DNA of 64,000 nt, taken from the NCBI GenBank assembly GCA_938048735.1, contig CALIUM010000007.1:60786-124785 (forward strand). The letters run 5' to 3'. This document shows, piece by piece, positions 1 to 9,356 of this stretch. Numbering within the stretch: the first letter of the stretch is position 1; each line of letters begins with the position of its first letter. Under the pieces are notes generated by a model. The model ran no database searches. It was not told the origin of the DNA and saw only the letters and a list, made by a program, of their open reading frames with translations. Source of the stretch: an uncultured archaeon. Its GTDB lineage: Archaea; Thermoproteota; Bathyarchaeia; TCS64. The position numbers and the translations under genes are program-made.

Positions 1-1
1 C

Positions 2-127
2 ATAATAGGGGTCGACATGAAGACCTATGGCCCCTTCAAGCCCGAGGACGTGGCCTCGATACCTCTCGAGAACGCTGAAAGCCTAATAAGGAGAGGAGTA
101 GCTAAGGAGGTGGAGGTCTCGGGATGA
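2..127 (+). CDS. GINS complex subunit (Gins15/51), C-terminal B-domain, 5' truncated by window edge
   Basis: Manual translation IIGVDMKTYGPFKPEDVASIPLENAESLIRRGVAKEVEVSG*; ATGA overlap with rpl44e; conserved archaeal gins-L44e-S27e-aIF2a-nop10 synteny. Confidence 0.85.
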   Translation: MIGVDMKTYGPFKPEDVASIPLENAESLIRRGVAKEVEVSG

Positions 128-399
128 AGGTACCGAAGTCCATAACCACCTACTGCCCTAGGTGCAATGCTCACATGGAGTTCTCAGTGTCGATCTACAA
201 GGCGGGAAAGAGGAGAGGAGCCAAGTGGGGTGAGAGGAGGCAGGCCGAGAGGAAGAAGGGCTATGGTGGGCAGAAGTATCCGATACAGCATAATCAAGCA
301 AAGGTGACAAAAAAGCAGACCCTGAAGCTTGAGTGTAGAAAATGCGGATACACCACACATAGGGAAGGGGTTAGGCTGAAGAAGGTGGAGGTCGAATAG
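124..399 (+). CDS. rpl44e: 50S ribosomal protein L44e (eL42)
   Basis: YCPRC...GYGGQKYP...KVTKK...LECRKC motifs; synteny. Confidence 0.97.
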   Translation: MKVPKSITTYCPRCNAHMEFSVSIYKAGKRRGAKWGERRQAERKKGYGGQKYPIQHNQAKVTKKQTLKLECRKCGYTTHREGVRLKKVEVE

Positions 400-400
400 G

Positions 401-598
401 ATGTCCGACTGGGAGAGCCTCATACCCCGGCCCTCTTCAAGGTTCCTCAGGGTTAGGTGCGAGAAGTGCGAAGGGGAACAGGTGGTTTTCAGCCATTCAA
501 CCCACACGGTCAGATGCAGGACCTGCGGGGAGGTCATAGCTGAACCGACCGGTGGGAAGGCCAAGATAAGGGGCTCGATAGTGGCGGTTCTAGGATGA
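401..598 (+). CDS. rps27e: 30S ribosomal protein S27e
   Basis: PRPSSRFLRVRCEKC...EQVVFSH...CRTC...PTGGKA. Confidence 0.97.
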   Translation: MSDWESLIPRPSSRFLRVRCEKCEGEQVVFSHSTHTVRCRTCGEVIAEPTGGKAKIRGSIVAVLG

Positions 599-609
599 GG
601 GGGAGGATC

Positions 610-1389
610 ATGAGAAAGCCTGAGTTTCCCACCCTAGAGGATCTTGTCGTGGCCACAGTCAAGAGGATAGAGCCTTTCGGGGCCTATGTCTCCCTCGACG
701 AGTACGGGGGGAAGGAGGGCTTCCTACACATCTCGGAGATCTCCTCAACATGGGTTAAGAATATCAGGAGCCATGTAAGGGAGGGGCAGAAGGTCGTCCT
801 ACAGGTGTTGAGGGTTGATCCTGCGAAGGGCCATATAGATCTCTCCTTGAGGAGAGTCACCAAGGATGAGCGGAGGAAGAAGATGGAGGAGTGGAAGAAG
901 GCTAGGAAGGCCGAGATGCTGATTAAGAGCGCGGAGGGGATCCTTAAAATCGGGGAGGAGGAGCTAGAAAAGGCCATCTCCAAGATTATTGAGATGTACG
1001 GAAGCCTCTACAAAGGGCTGGAGGAGGCCTCGAAGAGGGGGATCCAAGCCCTCCTTGACGCTGGGGTATCACCGGACATCTCTGAGGTCCTGGCAAAGAT
1101 AGCCTCGGAGAAGATCCCAGCCAGATACGTCACGATCTCAGGTACATTCGAGGTAGTCTCCATGGGTCCTAGGGGGGTGGAGGAGATAAAGTCACTATTG
1201 CTCGAGGCTAAGAAGATGGCTGGTGAGGATGCAGAGGTTCTGATATATGTCCAAGGGGCGCCGAGGTATAAGGCCGAGGTCAGAGCCGAGGATTATAAGA
1301 AGGCCGAGGCAATCCTTGAGAAGATAGTCGATTACGCAACCTCCAACTGGGTCGGAAACGAGAAAAGGATATCCTTCACCAGGGGATAG
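610..1389 (+). CDS. eif2a: Translation initiation factor 2 alpha subunit (aIF2a); start at ATG 610 or 595
   Basis: S1 domain (GAYVSLDEY, EGFLHISEIS, KGHIDLSLRRV) and C-terminal GAPRY; synteny. Confidence 0.96.
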   Translation: MRKPEFPTLEDLVVATVKRIEPFGAYVSLDEYGGKEGFLHISEISSTWVKNIRSHVREGQKVVLQVLRVDPAKGHIDLSLRRVTKDERRKKMEEWKKARKAEMLIKSAEGILKIGEEELEKAISKIIEMYGSLYKGLEEASKRGIQALLDAGVSPDISEVLAKIASEKIPARYVTISGTFEVVSMGPRGVEEIKSLLLEAKKMAGEDAEVLIYVQGAPRYKAEVRAEDYKKAEAILEKIVDYATSNWVGNEKRISFTRG

Positions 1390-1404
1390 GCGGGAGGGGG
1401 TTTC

Positions 1405-1668
1405 CTGGTCTGGCTCCTCAGAAAATGCACACTCTGCAACAGGTATACCCTAAATCAAGAAAGATGTCCGGTATGCGGAGGACCATTGAAGATTCCACAT
1501 CCAGCAAAGTTCTCGATGGATGATCGATATCAACACTATAGGATGAAGATGCGCAGGCTGGCTGAATATGAGGCTGGACCTGGGAAAGCCGGAGAGGAGG
1601 ATAAAAAGTCTCTGAATGATGGGTCAGATGGGGCATCAATGAATTCGACAAAAAGCTTTATTTCATGA
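1405..1668 (+). CDS. nop10: H/ACA RNP protein Nop10, probable CTG start, with C-terminal extension
   Basis: In-frame upstream of the tracked ORF: (L)VWLLRKCTLCNRYTLNQERCPVCGGPLKIPHPAKFSMDDRY = Nop10 Zn ribbon plus HPAKFS; SD-like GGAGGGGG before CTG 1405. Confidence 0.9.
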   Translation: MVWLLRKCTLCNRYTLNQERCPVCGGPLKIPHPAKFSMDDRYQHYRMKMRRLAEYEAGPGKAGEEDKKSLNDGSDGASMNSTKSFIS

Positions 1669-2054
1669 TAAGCAGCAGTCTAATTAAGATGTCAAGGAGC
1701 TATATCAAGATTTATGGCCCTCCGGTGCTGAGGGCGATAAAGGCCCTGGAGTCCGTGGCTGTGGATATGTCGAAATCCGTAGAGCTCAGATTCAGCAATC
1801 GATGCATCCCATACCCCGGGCCCAAGCAAGAGACCTTCGAGTGGCAAAGGTACATTGAAGGGCTGAAGCAGACCTATGTCGAGTGCTACGAGCCGGTGAG
1901 GCTTATCAGCGACGCCCATGAATTGCTGGGCGATTACGACTTCTTCTTCGAGTGGAGCGGCAAGCCGAAGATGGATCAGTTAATGGAACTTATAGGGAAG
2001 ATCGATAACGCTTTAAGAGGTCTAGGATGTCTTTACACCATTACAACAAAATGA
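1665..2054 (+). CDS. Hypothetical protein (start may be ATG 1689)
   Basis: Clean ORF with host-like codon use; no recognisable motif. Confidence 0.7.
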   Translation: MISSSLIKMSRSYIKIYGPPVLRAIKALESVAVDMSKSVELRFSNRCIPYPGPKQETFEWQRYIEGLKQTYVECYEPVRLISDAHELLGDYDFFFEWSGKPKMDQLMELIGKIDNALRGLGCLYTITTK

Positions 2055-2209
2055 ATTTAGTAAAAACCTGCCATCTTTCTTTGAATATATCTTAATTCTA
2101 AACAACTAAGAAAAACTTTCATTTGATTATACCATAATTTTGTCAATTTTCGATGCACAAAGACTTAACTAGTTGAGCTATTCTAATCACTTATTTTGTC
2201 TTGTTTTCA

Positions 2210-3091
2210 TTAATGAACCATTCCGAATCTGTGCAGCTCCTCCTTGAATACGGATAGAGCTCTCTTCAGAGCCATTTGTCTCTCTACATATTGTTCTCCT
2301 GTTAATTCTCCCCTCCTTAATTCATCTTCTAATTCGACGAGCTGCCTCTCGACCTCATCTATCCTCATCCTCAGTATGTCCGCATATGTGGTGGTCGCCA
2401 ACTCTGGCCATAGGGGTTCTAGATCTGCCCTTATGACGCCATCTTGGATCCTTAGGATCCTACCAGCCGCCCTGGCCACGGCCGGGTCGTGGGTAACCAT
2501 TATCACGGTCTTCCCGAGTTCTCTATTCGCCCTAGACAGGTAATCCACCACCAATCTGGCCGTTGCTGTGTCGAGCTCCCCGGTGGGTTCGTCGGCTAGG
2601 ATGAGGGGTGGATCGTTTGCTAGGGCTGCCGCGATGGCTACCCTCTGCTGTTCACCTCCGCTCAGCTCTCCTGGCTTGTGGTTCCTCCTCTCCCTTAATC
2701 CAACTATATCCATGAGCTCCTCGACCCTCCTCATCCTCTTTGACTTCGGAACCCCAAGGGCGATCATGGGCAGCTCTATGTTCTCCGCGGCGGTCAAGGT
2801 CGGGATCAGATTCATCGTCTGGAAGATATGGCCTACCATTCTCCTCCGGTACTCCACGAGCTCATCCGGTGCGAGGCTTGTGACCTCGGTGTCGAAGACC
2901 TTCACGTATCCCGCGGTGGCCCTGTCCAGCCCGCCTAGTATGTTGAGGAGGGTGGTCTTGCCTGAGCCCGAGGGGCCTATTATGGCGACCATCTCCCCCT
3001 CCTCCACCTTCATACTCAACCCCCTGAGGGCTTGTATCTCCAGAGCCCCGATCCTGTATACCTTCACGAGGTCTTTCACTAATATGGTCAT
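2210..3091 (-). CDS. ABC transporter ATP-binding protein (LolD/MacB family) with C-terminal helical extension
   Basis: Walker A GPSGSGKT, LSGGEQQR, ILADEPTG, H-loop VTHD. Confidence 0.95.
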   Translation of the reverse strand: MTILVKDLVKVYRIGALEIQALRGLSMKVEEGEMVAIIGPSGSGKTTLLNILGGLDRATAGYVKVFDTEVTSLAPDELVEYRRRMVGHIFQTMNLIPTLTAAENIELPMIALGVPKSKRMRRVEELMDIVGLRERRNHKPGELSGGEQQRVAIAAALANDPPLILADEPTGELDTATARLVVDYLSRANRELGKTVIMVTHDPAVARAAGRILRIQDGVIRADLEPLWPELATTTYADILRMRIDEVERQLVELEDELRRGELTGEQYVERQMALKRALSVFKEELHRFGMVH

Positions 3092-3112
3092 CTGGTCTAC
3101 CTCCAGCCTCCA

Positions 3113-5842
3113 TCATTCCTCCAGGGTCCAAATGGGATGGAGGGATGCACGCCTCGCCGCGAATATTATGGGTATAACCACCGAGATCAGGATCAACCCT
3201 AAGACTGCTGAGAGGCTGAGCTGAGCTCCCGCCGGAAACACCATACGCCTCCAGATAGAAGCCTGTGATAGGGAGTTGAACATCTCAATCTCTCCTCTGA
3301 GTAGTATAATGCCCACAGCCGATCCGAGGAGGATAGCTAAAAGGGTGGAGGAGAGATACTCTAAGGCTAGGATGGATGTGAGCTGCCTCATGGAGAATCC
3401 TCGAATAGCCATGACAACTATCTCCTTCCATCTGCTCCTCAAACCCGTGGAGACCACTAGGGCGACCCCCACCGATGATATGACCGATGCTATGTAAACC
3501 CCTATCTCCTCTATCCTACGGGAGCCTGTGAGGAAGATGTTCGAGGAGGCCTCCCTGAGCTTAAGATCGGCGATGTCAATGCCCTCGATGTTGGGATCCA
3601 TGGCCATAATAGAGGAGCTGAACTCCTCCAAGTTGACCCCATCTTTAAGCCTAACTAGGATCCTGACCCGTTTTATATCGGACTCCTCGATTCTGTTTAG
3701 GAAGGATAAAGGGAGGTAGATGGTCGGGTTTTGAACGGTCCATCCCATCGGGGGCCTTTTCCCGAATATGCCTACAATGGTGAGGGAGTGCACCTTTGTC
3801 CCAAGCTTTATGAGCATCGTGCCATTCTGTCTAACCCGAAGGAGTTCGGCGGCCCCCCTCTCCAGCATCGCGGAGGTCTCAGAGGAGTTTATCCTATCCA
3901 GGGCGTCAGCACCCTCAATCCATCCCTCCTCGATGTAAGCCACATCTCTCCAATTAGGGTCCACAGCCCTTATGGGTATTATACCTATGGCGCTATCCGC
4001 CTCGAACCAGGCCTCGACGGCTGTGCCGAGGGCCCCATCGAGCTTCGCGATCCTCTGTGCAAGTTCCTCAGCCCCCCTCCATGAGAAGAGCCATATGGAG
4101 GCATCGGCCCCTACAGCCATCCTAATCATTCGGGCTATGAAGTCTTCCGAGCTCGCGACGCTCCCCAACATGGATAGATTATAGCTCATTACGATCGCGA
4201 CTAAGAGGGTTGCGGAGGCGACCCGCCTTAGATCTCTATGAGCCCTTAGGGTTGATATGGAGGAGATATCACCGAGTATAAGACCCGCTGCCCTTCCGAT
4301 AAGGTCGTGGAACGTCTTGGAGAGCTGGATGAGCAGCTTGATTGAGCCGTAGAGGAATAGTATCGGGCCGATGTATGTGAGTATCAGGTCGACCCCCCAC
4401 CAGGTGGAGTATAGGAGGAAGATCACAACATTATCCGTTAGAGGGGCGAACATGTCCACATTGAGGCCAAGGATCAGCATGGCTAACTTATATCCCCCCA
4501 GAAACAGGGCCGCAAGGGGCCCCTCCCAAGATATCCTCTCCGAATTCGAGAGGTATGGCCCTCTTAGAGATTCAACGAGGTTCATCTTCATCGCCTTCTG
4601 GGCTGGACCGTAGATGGATAGGGTGGAGAGGGAGACGCTGAGGAGGAGGGATATGGATACAGTAGCTGGGTATGGTGGGGGAGGTAGACTCAAACCGGGG
4701 TTTGGCAACACCGTGAGGGTTAGGGCCCAGCCCATGAATAGCCCGGATAACCCAGCCATGATGCCCGTCAGGATGGCCTCGAAGACCAGTATCTTGAAGA
4801 CCTGCCTCCTCCTCATCCCCCTTGTGAGGAGGAGGGCCACCTCCCTCCTCCTCATATCCAGGGCTAAATCCGACACGGTCATGCCGAGATACCACGATGC
4901 GAAGAAGACCGGCATGGCTACGAGGATGGTGCTTATCCTCAGCCCAGAGGAGTTCGCCCTGACGATCTCTAGGAGCTGACCGAGGTAGTTCACCGGTACA
5001 TACATGTATTGAGCACCCGCGCTGTTTACCCCCTCGAATACCCGTTTGACGGAGATCTCAGATGCCTCCATGCTCCATGGATTGATGAGACCCCTTCTGT
5101 CAAGGCTTATGATCAAATCAGCTCTCATCACCCTCGTTGGGAGCCTCCCCTCCGAATAGATGGAGTCTAGGAAAGCTAGCAGGGTCTCCTCGCTTATTAT
5201 AAGAAGCCTATAGGGGGGCCTCCTCTCGGGACCCGCCCCCAGCAATACGGAGCGGAGGAGGAGGGGGAATCTCCCCGTGGCCACTGAGAAGAGATCCTCA
5301 TCTATCCGTACGGCCCCACCGACGGGCAGGGTGCAGAATCTGGGCTCAAATCCGGCGACTATGCTGTAAGGAAGCCAGGTAGATATCTTGAGGGTGATGT
5401 TTTCCCCGATCCTGAAGTCCGAGGCCTTGACCGAGCCGGCCTCCACATAAGCCTTCCCGGCCTCCAGCCCCTCAACTCCCTTAACCCTCCCCAACAGGCT
5501 GGAGTTACTTCTAACGGCTATGACGGTGAGAGAAGCCTCAGCATCAGAACCATTGAGCTCTGCCTCAACCCTGATGATGTGATCCACGCTCCTAACCCCC
5601 TCTACTCCTCGGATCCTCATCATGGCCTCGTCGATGGCCAGTTGAGTGAAGTTCCTACCCTCCGCTGTGGAGACTATGTCAAACTCGGAGGCCATGAGAG
5701 CCCTATCTAACATCGCGGCCCCAATCGCATCGGCACCCTGGAGAACCCCTGAGAAAAAAGTGATGGCTAGAACTACGCTCAAGAAGAGGGGGATGAACAC
5801 GGCCCCGCCCCTAACTATCCTCCTCGCGGCGTAGCTGAGCAT
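3113..5842 (-). CDS. FtsX/MacB-like ABC permease (two permease repeats)
   Basis: RRREVALLLTRG and RWKEIVVMAIRG FtsX-type motifs, multiple TM segments, adjacent LolD-type ATPase. Confidence 0.88.
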   Translation of the reverse strand: MLSYAARRIVRGGAVFIPLFLSVVLAITFFSGVLQGADAIGAAMLDRALMASEFDIVSTAEGRNFTQLAIDEAMMRIRGVEGVRSVDHIIRVEAELNGSDAEASLTVIAVRSNSSLLGRVKGVEGLEAGKAYVEAGSVKASDFRIGENITLKISTWLPYSIVAGFEPRFCTLPVGGAVRIDEDLFSVATGRFPLLLRSVLLGAGPERRPPYRLLIISEETLLAFLDSIYSEGRLPTRVMRADLIISLDRRGLINPWSMEASEISVKRVFEGVNSAGAQYMYVPVNYLGQLLEIVRANSSGLRISTILVAMPVFFASWYLGMTVSDLALDMRRREVALLLTRGMRRRQVFKILVFEAILTGIMAGLSGLFMGWALTLTVLPNPGLSLPPPPYPATVSISLLLSVSLSTLSIYGPAQKAMKMNLVESLRGPYLSNSERISWEGPLAALFLGGYKLAMLILGLNVDMFAPLTDNVVIFLLYSTWWGVDLILTYIGPILFLYGSIKLLIQLSKTFHDLIGRAAGLILGDISSISTLRAHRDLRRVASATLLVAIVMSYNLSMLGSVASSEDFIARMIRMAVGADASIWLFSWRGAEELAQRIAKLDGALGTAVEAWFEADSAIGIIPIRAVDPNWRDVAYIEEGWIEGADALDRINSSETSAMLERGAAELLRVRQNGTMLIKLGTKVHSLTIVGIFGKRPPMGWTVQNPTIYLPLSFLNRIEESDIKRVRILVRLKDGVNLEEFSSSIMAMDPNIEGIDIADLKLREASSNIFLTGSRRIEEIGVYIASVISSVGVALVVSTGLRSRWKEIVVMAIRGFSMRQLTSILALEYLSSTLLAILLGSAVGIILLRGEIEMFNSLSQASIWRRMVFPAGAQLSLSAVLGLILISVVIPIIFAARRASLHPIWTLEE

Positions 5843-6152
5843 ACAGGGTATTGATGGAAAAACTCAATAAAAACATTTAGATGATTAAAGGTTTTCCCTA
5901 AAGATAAAAGAATAAAATTTACGATTTTAGATAATGTTTTTAGGTTATGCTTTTCATCGATATATTCAAATTTTCCTGTAATTAAATAATAAACGGAGTG
6001 CGACACAAAATATGTTAAATAAAGGATAACGGTATAGTTCAATATTAAATATCCCATTTTATTTAACTTCAACTTCATTAAAAACCAAAAATGGAGTTAT
6101 TCGATAAAAAATTTGGGTCATCGATTAAACCCGTTCCTAGAGTCGGCTAATA

Positions 6153-6175
6153 GCCCCCTTTTAAGATTAAAGGGG
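6153..6175 (-). terminator. Short hairpin downstream of the proteolipid gene, possible terminator
   Basis: CCCCTTT...AAAGGGG inverted repeat about 15-35 nt after the stop at 6189. Confidence 0.3.
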
Positions 6176-6188
6176 AGGGGTGCAACCG

Positions 6189-6845
6189 TTAACTGACCAG
6201 CAGTATCGCCACTATCAACCCATAGATGGCCAGCCCCTCACCGAGGGCCACGAAGAGCAGGGACCAGATCGACAGCTCAGGCCTCTGGAGGAGCATCTCC
6301 GAGCCTGCCTTCACAGCCGCCACTATACACAGAGCGGCCGCGAAGGCTGCGCCGATCATGGTCAGGGCCCCCATGAGAGGGCGAAGGGCCTCAACCTCCA
6401 ACAAACCAATCTCACCTCCGAAGATTGTTATGAATAGTATACTTAAAGCAAATACGATGAGAGACACCACTCCTACTGACCTTACGTCGTCGAATGCTCC
6501 TTTTATGCTCTTTTCATCACCTCCACTTGTAGAGAGCGATGTTGAGAGTAGAAAACCGAGGAAGAGGAGAATTCCCAGGAATAGTGTCATCAGGGAGGAT
6601 AGTTGTCCCATCATCATCATTAGGCCCAGTATAAATCCATAAACAAGTATTAATGAGCCGATGATGTTTAGAGACACACCCCATACAGAGGGTCTACCCC
6701 TCTCAACAGCTGCCGAGGCGTTTATTGTAGCAGCGTGGGTTATACACCAGGCGGCCGCTATGATGCTTGTTGCGAGGGTTATTGCAGCTGATATGAGGTT
6801 ATCTACGGTCGTCACCTCCTTGGGATTGAAGCGTCTCGAAAACAT
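6189..6845 (-). CDS. atpK: A/V-type ATPase proteolipid subunit K/c, extended (about 6 TM, single Glu)
   Basis: C-terminal hairpin QRPE...FVALGEGLAIYGLIVAILL; degenerate N-terminal copy ERGRP...IIGSLILVYGFILGLMM; adjacent subunit I. Confidence 0.88.
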   Translation of the reverse strand: MFSRRFNPKEVTTVDNLISAAITLATSIIAAAWCITHAATINASAAVERGRPSVWGVSLNIIGSLILVYGFILGLMMMMGQLSSLMTLFLGILLFLGFLLSTSLSTSGGDEKSIKGAFDDVRSVGVVSLIVFALSILFITIFGGEIGLLEVEALRPLMGALTMIGAAFAAALCIVAAVKAGSEMLLQRPELSIWSLLFVALGEGLAIYGLIVAILLVS

Positions 6846-6900
6846 CTTTAGGCTTCATTTAATGCCTCTCACCTGTTTCCCCTAGAATCGATCTTTAGAC

Positions 6901-9156
6901 CTATATATGTTTTTCAGATGATTGAACTATCTGGGTCTCGGTCTCCCTCTCGGAGCTTATCTCGAAGGGTCTGAATGGCACCCCCTTCCCTTGGAAGAAC
7001 TTCCCCATGAACTCGTAGTAAAGCAGCCTGAGGGATTGAACCGTGCTTGAGACGAACTCGAAGGTCATGGCTATACCATTGGTCATAACCAGACCCCCGG
7101 GGCCCATAAAGTGGCCGAGGGCCTCTGCTGCGATGGCCAGGCTGGCGTGGGCTAGGGCGAAGGCGGCTATTCGTAGGAAGGAGAAGAAGTTGGCGAGGTT
7201 CTCCACGAAGGTCATGAGGAGGGCGCCGATGCCCTCCCCGACCGCCTCCATACCGAAGTGCTTATGGGTTATCGAGAGGAGTATAGGCTCTATCGCAGAG
7301 AGGAGGAGGCCCCCTACCATCATGAAGAAGGTCCAGTGAGACAGTAGGGCCATAACATCGCCGATGCGCAGGAACTCTAGCCCTCCCAGGTATAGGCCCA
7401 CAGTGAAGAGGATTCCTCCAAGCCCTCTTTCTCCTATGGCTCCCAGGGGCTCACCTTCTTTGATGTGGTTTATGGCTCCTATGGCGAGTCCAAGGCACAT
7501 CTCCGCTACGGCTATTCCAAGAACCATCTTCATCAGCTTGCCTATCTCGTGTATCGGGCTTAGGAGTATAGGCTCTATCTTAATTGGGCCTATCTCAAGA
7601 TGCTCCATGAGGAATACTGATCCATAGAGGAATCCGAATATCATGGCGGATATCCCCATGGGTATGAATAGGGTTCCTAGCTTCGAGATCATGCCCCTCT
7701 TATACTTTCTGGTGAGGTATAGGCCCATGATCAGGAAGATAGCTCCCTGGCCGATATCTCCGAACATGAGTCCGAACTGGAGGCTGAAGATGAGGATGGT
7801 TATGTAGGCTGGATTGACCTCATGGGGCGATGGCCACCCTCTCAGCGTTGTGAGTGTCCAGGCTGGCTGGAGGAATGATGGCTTTATCTCAGGTGGAGGT
7901 GTCGGCACGTTCACGTCCTCCTCTGGATCTGGGTCTGAGAACTGGACGAATAGTTTCTCCCCTATCTCGGCCTCCACACCGCTTATAACCTTCTCGAACT
8001 CCGGTACCTTCTTCTCCGGAACCCATCCCTGGAGGATAGATATGATCCTCGTCCTGAGCATGGGAACCTTAAACTCTGAAAGTATTTTTAGGAAGTTGTC
8101 TAGGGCTGCTATCCTGCTTAGGGCATGAGCCTGCTCCTCCTTTAGAGCCTCAATCTCTTTAAGGTGTTTGGCCTCGAGCTCCCTCATCCTCTCCTCATAC
8201 TGCCTCATCAGGCTTCCGAGCCTCTGTTTGTGTTCGATCTCCAGATTTAGAATCCTCTCGAGATCGGTCTTCGGCTTCTCAGGGGTCTCCTCCTCGGTCT
8301 TCCTCTGGCTCTCCTCTAACTGCCGGAGGGCTTCCCTATATCTCTCTATAACCTCTCTCCTCCTTTCAGGATCCAGGACGAGGAGGACATCACCGGGGCT
8401 CATTACCTCGAAGACCTCTCTCACATTGAAGACCAAGAAAAGTGCCTCAACCCAGTTTCTGACCTCCTCTGGTCCGAAGATGAAGATTATGCTCTCCTCG
8501 GGGGAGATGCTCTCAGCCCTGTAGTAGACCTCTGGATATCTGCCGATGTACTCCCGAAGCTTTTCGATATCCTCGTTCTTGGCTATTCCGGCTGCGAAGG
8601 AGCTCTTGAACTCCTCGGGCTTCAAAGCCTCTATCAGGCTAAGCCTGCCTCTCAACTCTTGGGATGAGGCGATCATCGATAGCTGGGAGGTCGATAACCT
8701 CCTCTCCTCCGCTTCATATGTCGACCTTTCCCTCTCCTTCTCAGCCTCGTATCTGGCGTTCTCCTCGCTTATGGCCCTCTGCAGCTCGTTGGCGAGATAT
8801 TTAACCTCTTCACTCTGGGAGTCTTTCAACTCCTTGAACTGGGCTATTAGCCTTTCTAGCTCCTTTACAGCATTCTCAACCACCGCACTTGGGGATGTTG
8901 CAAACTCCTTTAACTCCTCTAAAGTGAGCGCGTAGGGTTTTGGGCTGATGCCCACCATCCCTGTGAACTCCTGGTACCGCGAGTGGACCCTCTCATATAG
9001 GGTTTTGTAATCATGTTCGATCTTGACCATCCCTTGAAGGCGATCCATCTCAGCTCCAGCCACCTCCTTGAGCTGTGTAATCCCCGATCTACCGAGCCGC
9101 TCCAGAACCAGTATATCGTACTCCGGGGGCGTGATTATCGTGACCTTTTTAATCAA
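6901..9156 (-). CDS. atpI: A/V-type ATPase subunit I/a with long coiled-coil soluble domain
   Basis: LQGWVP, FGLMFGDIGQG, SFLRIAAFALAH (essential Arg), LRLLYYEFMGKFF.G.G.PF.PF. Confidence 0.95.
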   Translation of the reverse strand: MIKKVTIITPPEYDILVLERLGRSGITQLKEVAGAEMDRLQGMVKIEHDYKTLYERVHSRYQEFTGMVGISPKPYALTLEELKEFATSPSAVVENAVKELERLIAQFKELKDSQSEEVKYLANELQRAISEENARYEAEKERERSTYEAEERRLSTSQLSMIASSQELRGRLSLIEALKPEEFKSSFAAGIAKNEDIEKLREYIGRYPEVYYRAESISPEESIIFIFGPEEVRNWVEALFLVFNVREVFEVMSPGDVLLVLDPERRREVIERYREALRQLEESQRKTEEETPEKPKTDLERILNLEIEHKQRLGSLMRQYEERMRELEAKHLKEIEALKEEQAHALSRIAALDNFLKILSEFKVPMLRTRIISILQGWVPEKKVPEFEKVISGVEAEIGEKLFVQFSDPDPEEDVNVPTPPPEIKPSFLQPAWTLTTLRGWPSPHEVNPAYITILIFSLQFGLMFGDIGQGAIFLIMGLYLTRKYKRGMISKLGTLFIPMGISAMIFGFLYGSVFLMEHLEIGPIKIEPILLSPIHEIGKLMKMVLGIAVAEMCLGLAIGAINHIKEGEPLGAIGERGLGGILFTVGLYLGGLEFLRIGDVMALLSHWTFFMMVGGLLLSAIEPILLSITHKHFGMEAVGEGIGALLMTFVENLANFFSFLRIAAFALAHASLAIAAEALGHFMGPGGLVMTNGIAMTFEFVSSTVQSLRLLYYEFMGKFFQGKGVPFRPFEISSERETETQIVQSSEKHI

Positions 9157-9356
9157 CTCGCCTCAACAACACAGAGGATTGTCCCATTAAAAGCTTTCGG
9201 AGCCCCACCAACGACCGTTAATTTTCAGGGGGAGGAGCAAACATAATGTCTCTATTATAGGATGATGTAAACAATCCTGATCCAGTAGTCTGGAAACTAA
9301 ACGGTGTCCTCTAACTTTATAAGAGTTCAGGAATATATGTTTCCCAGGCGGAGTTC

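Noticed and set aside
5815-6078. 87-aa AT-rich ORF upstream of the permease
   Set aside because: Composition matches intergenic DNA, no motif, overlaps the permease promoter and start
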